From NCBI GenBank assembly GCA_041476065.1, contig JBGOSR010000001.1:1-37726 (forward strand): a DNA stretch of 37,726 bases. Reading direction: 5' to 3'. The notes beneath the pieces were generated by a model. It did no database searches and was not told where the DNA came from. It was given only the letters and a program-made list of their open reading frames with translations. Both the position numbers and the translations under genes were made by a program. Source of the stretch: Gaiellaceae bacterium (GTDB taxonomy: Bacteria; Actinomycetota; Thermoleophilia; Gaiellales; Gaiellaceae). This document shows positions 34,258 through 37,726 of the stretch, piece by piece. Position 1 is the stretch's first letter. Each line of letters begins with the position of its first letter.

Positions 34258-35198
34258 CAGCGGAGCTCGCGGTTCGACTCCATGTCGAACAGCATCGCAA
34301 ACAGGCTGAACAGAAGGCCCATCATCAGCAGGAGGGCCACCAGCACGACCGTCGCCACCGTCAGGTCGTTGCCGAGGAAGCGAAGGATCGTGACCGTGAC
34401 GCCGAGCACGAGGCCGAGCAGCGAGAAGAGGATCCCGAAGACGTAGAAGAAGACAAGCGGGTGGAAGTCGCGGATCACGTACTTCTCGCGCATCCGCCAG
34501 AAGAAGGCCTTCGTCAGCAGCCAGGAGATCGCGGGAATGACCCGGCTGAGACGGATGCCCGAGGTCTCGCCGACGCCGTACACCGGGCGCGAAGGCACGT
34601 CACGCACCCGCGCGTTGATCACGTTCAGGTGGACGAGCATGTCGTTCGGAAAGCCGTAGCGTGGGTAGATGCGGTCGAGGTCGAGCAGGTCGAGTGTGGA
34701 GCGGCCAACCGCGGTGTAGCCCGACTGCGAGTCCGCGACGTGCCAGTAGCCGGAGGCGATCTTCGTCAGCAGCGAGAGGACGGCGTTGCCCAGGTAGCGG
34801 GTGCGCGGGATCAGCTCCCAGGCGCGTCCCGTGAAGAGGCGGTTCGCTTTCGCGTAGTCGACCTCGCCGCGCACGACGGGCCCTGCGATTGCCTCGAGGT
34901 CGGCGGGATCCATCTGGTTGTCGCCGGCCATCACGCACGTGACGTCGATTCCCTCGTCGAGCGCGCGGCGGTAGCCGGTGAGGATGGCCGCGCCGACGCC
35001 CTGGTTGCGCTCATGCGTGATCACCTCGACCCGCGGATCGCCGGCCGCGCGGGCGCTCTCGGCGGTACCGTCGCGAGAAGCGTCGTCGACAACGAAGACC
35101 CGGTCGACGAAGTCGGGGATCCCGCTGAGGGTCGTCCCGATCAGGCGTTCCTCGTCGAACGCCGGCACGACGACGGCAACGCGCTTCCCGTCCAGCAT
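34257..35198 (-). CDS. Membrane-anchored GT2 glycosyltransferase (third DPM1/GtrB-like polyprenol-phosphate sugar synthase candidate)
   Basis: Start ATG 35198 (MLDGKRVAVVVPAFDEERLI). VFVVDDASRDGT, NQGVGAAILTGY, MAGDNQMDP, DSQSGYTAV, then two C-terminal TM helices (HPLVFFYVFGILFSLLGLVLG, VATVVLVALLLMMGLLFSLFAMLF). The ORF-track extension to 35978 is R/P-rich and overlaps the Wzz-like gene. Confidence 0.8.
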   Translation of the reverse strand: MLDGKRVAVVVPAFDEERLIGTTLSGIPDFVDRVFVVDDASRDGTAESARAAGDPRVEVITHERNQGVGAAILTGYRRALDEGIDVTCVMAGDNQMDPADLEAIAGPVVRGEVDYAKANRLFTGRAWELIPRTRYLGNAVLSLLTKIASGYWHVADSQSGYTAVGRSTLDLLDLDRIYPRYGFPNDMLVHLNVINARVRDVPSRPVYGVGETSGIRLSRVIPAISWLLTKAFFWRMREKYVIRDFHPLVFFYVFGILFSLLGLVLGVTVTILRFLGNDLTVATVVLVALLLMMGLLFSLFAMLFDMESNRELR

Positions 35199-36064
35199 TA
35201 CTCGCGGCCGGTTCGCGCCGCGATCGGCCCCCAGAAGAGCGCCGCGAGGAGACCGAGGACGAGCCCGATCAGCCCGGCCACGGCCGCGGAGTTGCGCGGG
35301 CTCCTTGCCGTCGTCTTCGTGGCTGAGCCGCGATCGAGAATCTGCGGGAGCTCGACCTGCTCGGCAAGCGCGAGCAGCTGCCGCGCCTGCAGCCGGTCCT
35401 GCTGGAGCGTGCCCCGCCGCTGCTCGGTGGTCAGCAGCAACGTGCTGAGGGTAAGCCGCTCGAGCTGCGACGAGCTGCCGAGGGCCGACTGCGCTGCGCT
35501 CGACTGCTGCTCGATCGCCTTCAGCTGCCGGTTGTCCGAGGCGATCTCCTCCTTGAAGGACTTGATCTTGACTTTGGCATAGCCGCCGACGACGTCGACG
35601 ATCCGCCCGGCGATCGCGGTGGTTGCGACGGTTACCTCTCCCCGGCGAGGCCCCTGCACGGAGACGACGTAGAGCTGATTCGGCGCTGTCTTCGCCGTTC
35701 CGGGGGTCTTGATCGGCCGCGTCGCGATCCCGGCGCGCAGCTGCCGCGGGGACATGCCAGACTCGGCCGCGACCCTCGTGATCGTCTCCTCGCCGCGTGC
35801 GATCCGGGCGACGGTGCTCGGGTTCGTGTTCAGGCCCTGGATGACGACGTTCCCGCCGGGGCCGTACGCCGTGCCGACGTAGACGGTCGCCTGCGCGCTG
35901 TAGACCTGCTTGCCGCCGAGCGCGAGCAGATAGCCGAAGACGACTCCGACGACGAGCCCGAGAACCGGCAGCCACCACCGCGCGACGAGCGCATCGAGGT
36001 AGCGACCGAGGTCGACCTCGCGCTCGGCGTCGAGGACCGGCTGGTTGTCGGGGCGTTGACTCAT
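35198..36064 (-). CDS. Wzz-type polysaccharide co-polymerase / chain-length determinant (no kinase domain)
   Basis: Start ATG 36064 (ATGA overlap with the ATP-grasp stop). VDLGRYLDALVARWWLPVLGLVVGVVFGYLLAL is the N-terminal TM with a Wzz-like motif. A long hydrophilic and coiled region follows (FKEEIASDNRQLKAIEQQ..QQDRLQARQLLALAEQ), then a C-terminal TM (AAVAGLIGLVLGLLAALFWGP). Confidence 0.7.
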   Translation of the reverse strand: MSQRPDNQPVLDAEREVDLGRYLDALVARWWLPVLGLVVGVVFGYLLALGGKQVYSAQATVYVGTAYGPGGNVVIQGLNTNPSTVARIARGEETITRVAAESGMSPRQLRAGIATRPIKTPGTAKTAPNQLYVVSVQGPRRGEVTVATTAIAGRIVDVVGGYAKVKIKSFKEEIASDNRQLKAIEQQSSAAQSALGSSSQLERLTLSTLLLTTEQRRGTLQQDRLQARQLLALAEQVELPQILDRGSATKTTARSPRNSAAVAGLIGLVLGLLAALFWGPIAARTGRE

Positions 36065-37065
36065 GCCTCTCCCGGCTCGCTCGCGAGCGGCTCGGGCAGC
36101 TCCTCGGCGAAGGGCTCGAGGCGGCCGTCCGCGTTTTCGGTCAAGCAGAGGTCGGAGAAGAAGCGCGTCATGACTACACCTTCGCGGAAATCGCCGACAG
36201 CCGGCTCCGGCCGCTCTCCGTTGGCAAGCGCGAGCGCGAGCTCCGGGTAGCGGCTGCCCGCTGAGAGCGGCAGCGGGAATGCACCGCCGAAACGAGGGTT
36301 GACGTCGGTGACGAGAAGCTTTCCGTCCGGCTCGCGGAAGCACTGGATGTTCGCGGGCCCCCAGATCGGCAGCGCCTCGGCGACACGCCGCCCATGCTCG
36401 ATCAGCTCCGAGTCCTTGATCGTCATCCCCTTGATCGATTCGCCGCCTTTGGACTCGATCATCGTTCGCGGGATCGCGTTCAGGCAGCGGCCTTCGAAGT
36501 CGCTGAAGACGTCGATCGAGAACTCCTCGCCGAGGCACTGCGACTGGACGAACGAGGGAACGGGCGTGCGGGCGAGATGGAAGTCGAGCTCTTCGCGGTC
36601 GTGCGCGACGTAGATATGTCGCGAGCCGAAGCCCTCTCGGGCCTTGACGAGCACCGGAAACTCGAGCTCCGCCGGGAGATTTTCGGGCAGCCAGCTCGCA
36701 GGCGACGGTATTCCGAGACCCTCGAAGGTCTCGTGGGCGCGGTACTTGTCGCCCATCCGCTCGACCACGTCCCCGGGAGGCAGGAGGAGGGCTGCGCCGA
36801 GCTCGTCTCGGGTGCCCGCGAGGATCGACTGGTCGAGATCCGTGAGCGGGACGACGAGGTCGATGTCGTGCTCGGAGACGATCTCCGCGAGCTGGGATAC
36901 GTAGCCGGGGTCGTCCACGCGGACGACGAGCTCGTAGCGATCGGCGTGGTAGAGGGCCGGCGCGAGCGGGTTGACGTCGGCAGCAACGGTCGTGGCACCG
37001 ACCCGGCCGAAGGCCGAAACGATGTCCACGCGTTGCCCCGCGCAAGTGAAGAGGACCGCTGTCAC
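36061..37065 (-). CDS. ATP-grasp domain ligase
   Basis: Start GTG 37065 (VTAVLFTCAGQRVDIV). The TTG 37128 extension uses rare low-GC3 codons. DKYRAHETF..GIPSP, FPVLVKAREGFGSRHIYVA, VQSQCLGEEFSIDVF, QCF.EPDGKL.VTDVNPRFGG. This is the ATP-grasp (PurK/CarB-like) motif order. Confidence 0.7.
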   Translation of the reverse strand: MTAVLFTCAGQRVDIVSAFGRVGATTVAADVNPLAPALYHADRYELVVRVDDPGYVSQLAEIVSEHDIDLVVPLTDLDQSILAGTRDELGAALLLPPGDVVERMGDKYRAHETFEGLGIPSPASWLPENLPAELEFPVLVKAREGFGSRHIYVAHDREELDFHLARTPVPSFVQSQCLGEEFSIDVFSDFEGRCLNAIPRTMIESKGGESIKGMTIKDSELIEHGRRVAEALPIWGPANIQCFREPDGKLLVTDVNPRFGGAFPLPLSAGSRYPELALALANGERPEPAVGDFREGVVMTRFFSDLCLTENADGRLEPFAEELPEPLASEPGEA

Positions 37066-37073
37066 GGCGAAAG

Positions 37074-37079
37074 AGGGTA
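37074..37079 (-). promoter_or_regulatory. Candidate -10 hexamer TACCCT (minus strand), 8 nt upstream of GTG 37065
   Basis: Matches TANNNT, located in the 152-bp lower-GC gap 37066-37217. Confidence 0.3.
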
Positions 37080-37217
37080 ACGACTCGCGGGGAATCGCCC
37101 CTCTTGCAACATCACGATTCCGGCGCAAACGCGTTTCACACGTGTCACACTTTCCCCGCTACGATCGCTGCGGGGAGGAGGCCGGGCGCACCTTCTATAG
37201 GTTGATGCCGGGGGGTC

Positions 37218-37726
37218 TCAGCTCGTCCGCCAGCCGCCGGTCTCGCCCTTGTACGTCCCGCCGAAGAGCGCACGCGGCGTGCGCAGGAGAATCTTCAGGT
37301 CGACGCGCGGGGAGCGGTTCTCGACGTACCAGACGTCCAGCTCGATCCGGTCCTCCCAGGGCAGCGAGGCGCGGCCGTGGATCTGCGCCCAGCCCGTAAT
37401 GCCGGGCTTCACGTCGAGCCGTTTCCGTTGGCGAGGCGTGTACTGCTCGACCTGGTAGGCGAGCGTCGGCCGCGGCCCGATCAGGCTCATCTCGCCACGC
37501 ACGACGTTCCAGAGCTGAGGCAGCTCGTCGAGAGAGAGCCGCCGCAGCGCGCGACCCACTCGGGTAATGCGAGGATCGCCGCGGTTCACCGCCCAGCCGG
37601 CGCCCTGCTGTTCCGCGCCGACGACCATCGTCCGCAGCTTCACGAGCTCGAACTCGCTCGCGTCCTGACCCACCCGCCTTTGACGGTAGAGCACCGGGCC
37701 GCGGTCCTCGAGCTTGATCGCGAGGG
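37218..37726 (-). CDS. Bacterial sugar transferase family phosphoglycosyl transferase (N-terminus off-window)
   Basis: The frame is open to the window edge (LAIKLEDRGPVLYRQRRVG..), so the GTG at 37694 is internal. KLRTM, NRGDPRITRVGRALRRLSLDELPQLWNV.RGEMSLIGPRP, KPGITGWAQI. Confidence 0.85.
   Translation of the reverse strand, partial: LAIKLEDRGPVLYRQRRVGQDASEFELVKLRTMVVGAEQQGAGWAVNRGDPRITRVGRALRRLSLDELPQLWNVVRGEMSLIGPRPTLAYQVEQYTPRQRKRLDVKPGITGWAQIHGRASLPWEDRIELDVWYVENRSPRVDLKILLRTPRALFGGTYKGETGGWRTS

Noticed and set aside
1-37726. Search for tRNA/rRNA, CRISPR arrays, transposases, integrases, phage genes, and toxin-antitoxin or defence systems
   Set aside because: No direct-repeat/spacer array, no cloverleaf-like or rRNA-like segments, and no DDE, tyrosine-recombinase, nuclease, ATPase or defence motifs were seen in any credible ORF. 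Every credible ORF has a glycan-biosynthesis signature, so the window offers nothing to support a call of that kind.

Overview
Very GC-rich window (third codon positions are almost always G/C, GTG starts are common, and stop/start overlaps of 1, 4 or 8 nt are frequent). It is occupied end to end by a glycan-assembly locus, probably from an Actinomycetota-like organism; taxonomy cannot be proven from the sequence alone.

I call 35 protein-coding genes. Two run off the window edges and one is interrupted by an in-frame TAG. I found no rRNA or tRNA, no CRISPR array, no transposase or integrase, and no recognisable defence or toxin genes.

Content:
- Nucleotide-sugar supply: gmd, an rmd-like reductase, fcl, UDP-glucuronate decarboxylase, and non-hydrolysing UDP-GlcNAc 2-epimerase.
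- A sugar-tailoring cassette: a bi-domain MDR plus Gfo/Idh/MocA oxidoreductase, an AsnB-type amidotransferase, and a cytoplasmic heparinase II/III-like protein.
- About a dozen glycosyltransferases: one GT2-GT4 fusion, several GT2 and GT4, one CgeB-like, one large GT-C membrane enzyme, and three polyprenol-phosphate-sugar-synthase-like GT2s. Two of those three are each coupled to a small DUF2304-like membrane protein.
- Six class I SAM methyltransferases.
- A Wzx-type flippase, a Wzz-type co-polymerase, an ATP-grasp ligase, a secreted clan GH-A hydrolase, and two polyprenyl-phosphate phosphoglycosyl transferases.

Organisation: a 13-gene minus-strand operon runs from 15466 down to 3005, and a 9-gene minus-strand block runs from beyond 37726 down to 28641. 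Several short divergent and convergent units lie between them.

Most notable observations:
1. The large WbaP-type priming transferase is cut by a single in-frame amber codon at 30781-30783.
2. The GT2 + DUF2304 module is present as two paralogous copies. Together with a GT-C enzyme this suggests lipid-linked-sugar, outer-face glycosylation.
3. A methyltransferase with a coiled-coil tail is translationally coupled to a two-domain glycosyltransferase, next to gmd/rmd. This resembles WbdD/WbdA-type chain termination.
4. Three copies of a GGTGCC-N-GGCACC palindrome lie in one convergent intergenic gap.
5. A recurrent TANNNT hexamer sits 7-9 nt upstream of six unit-initial start codons, the geometry expected for leaderless mRNAs.

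No database searches were possible. All family calls rest on motifs read by eye.
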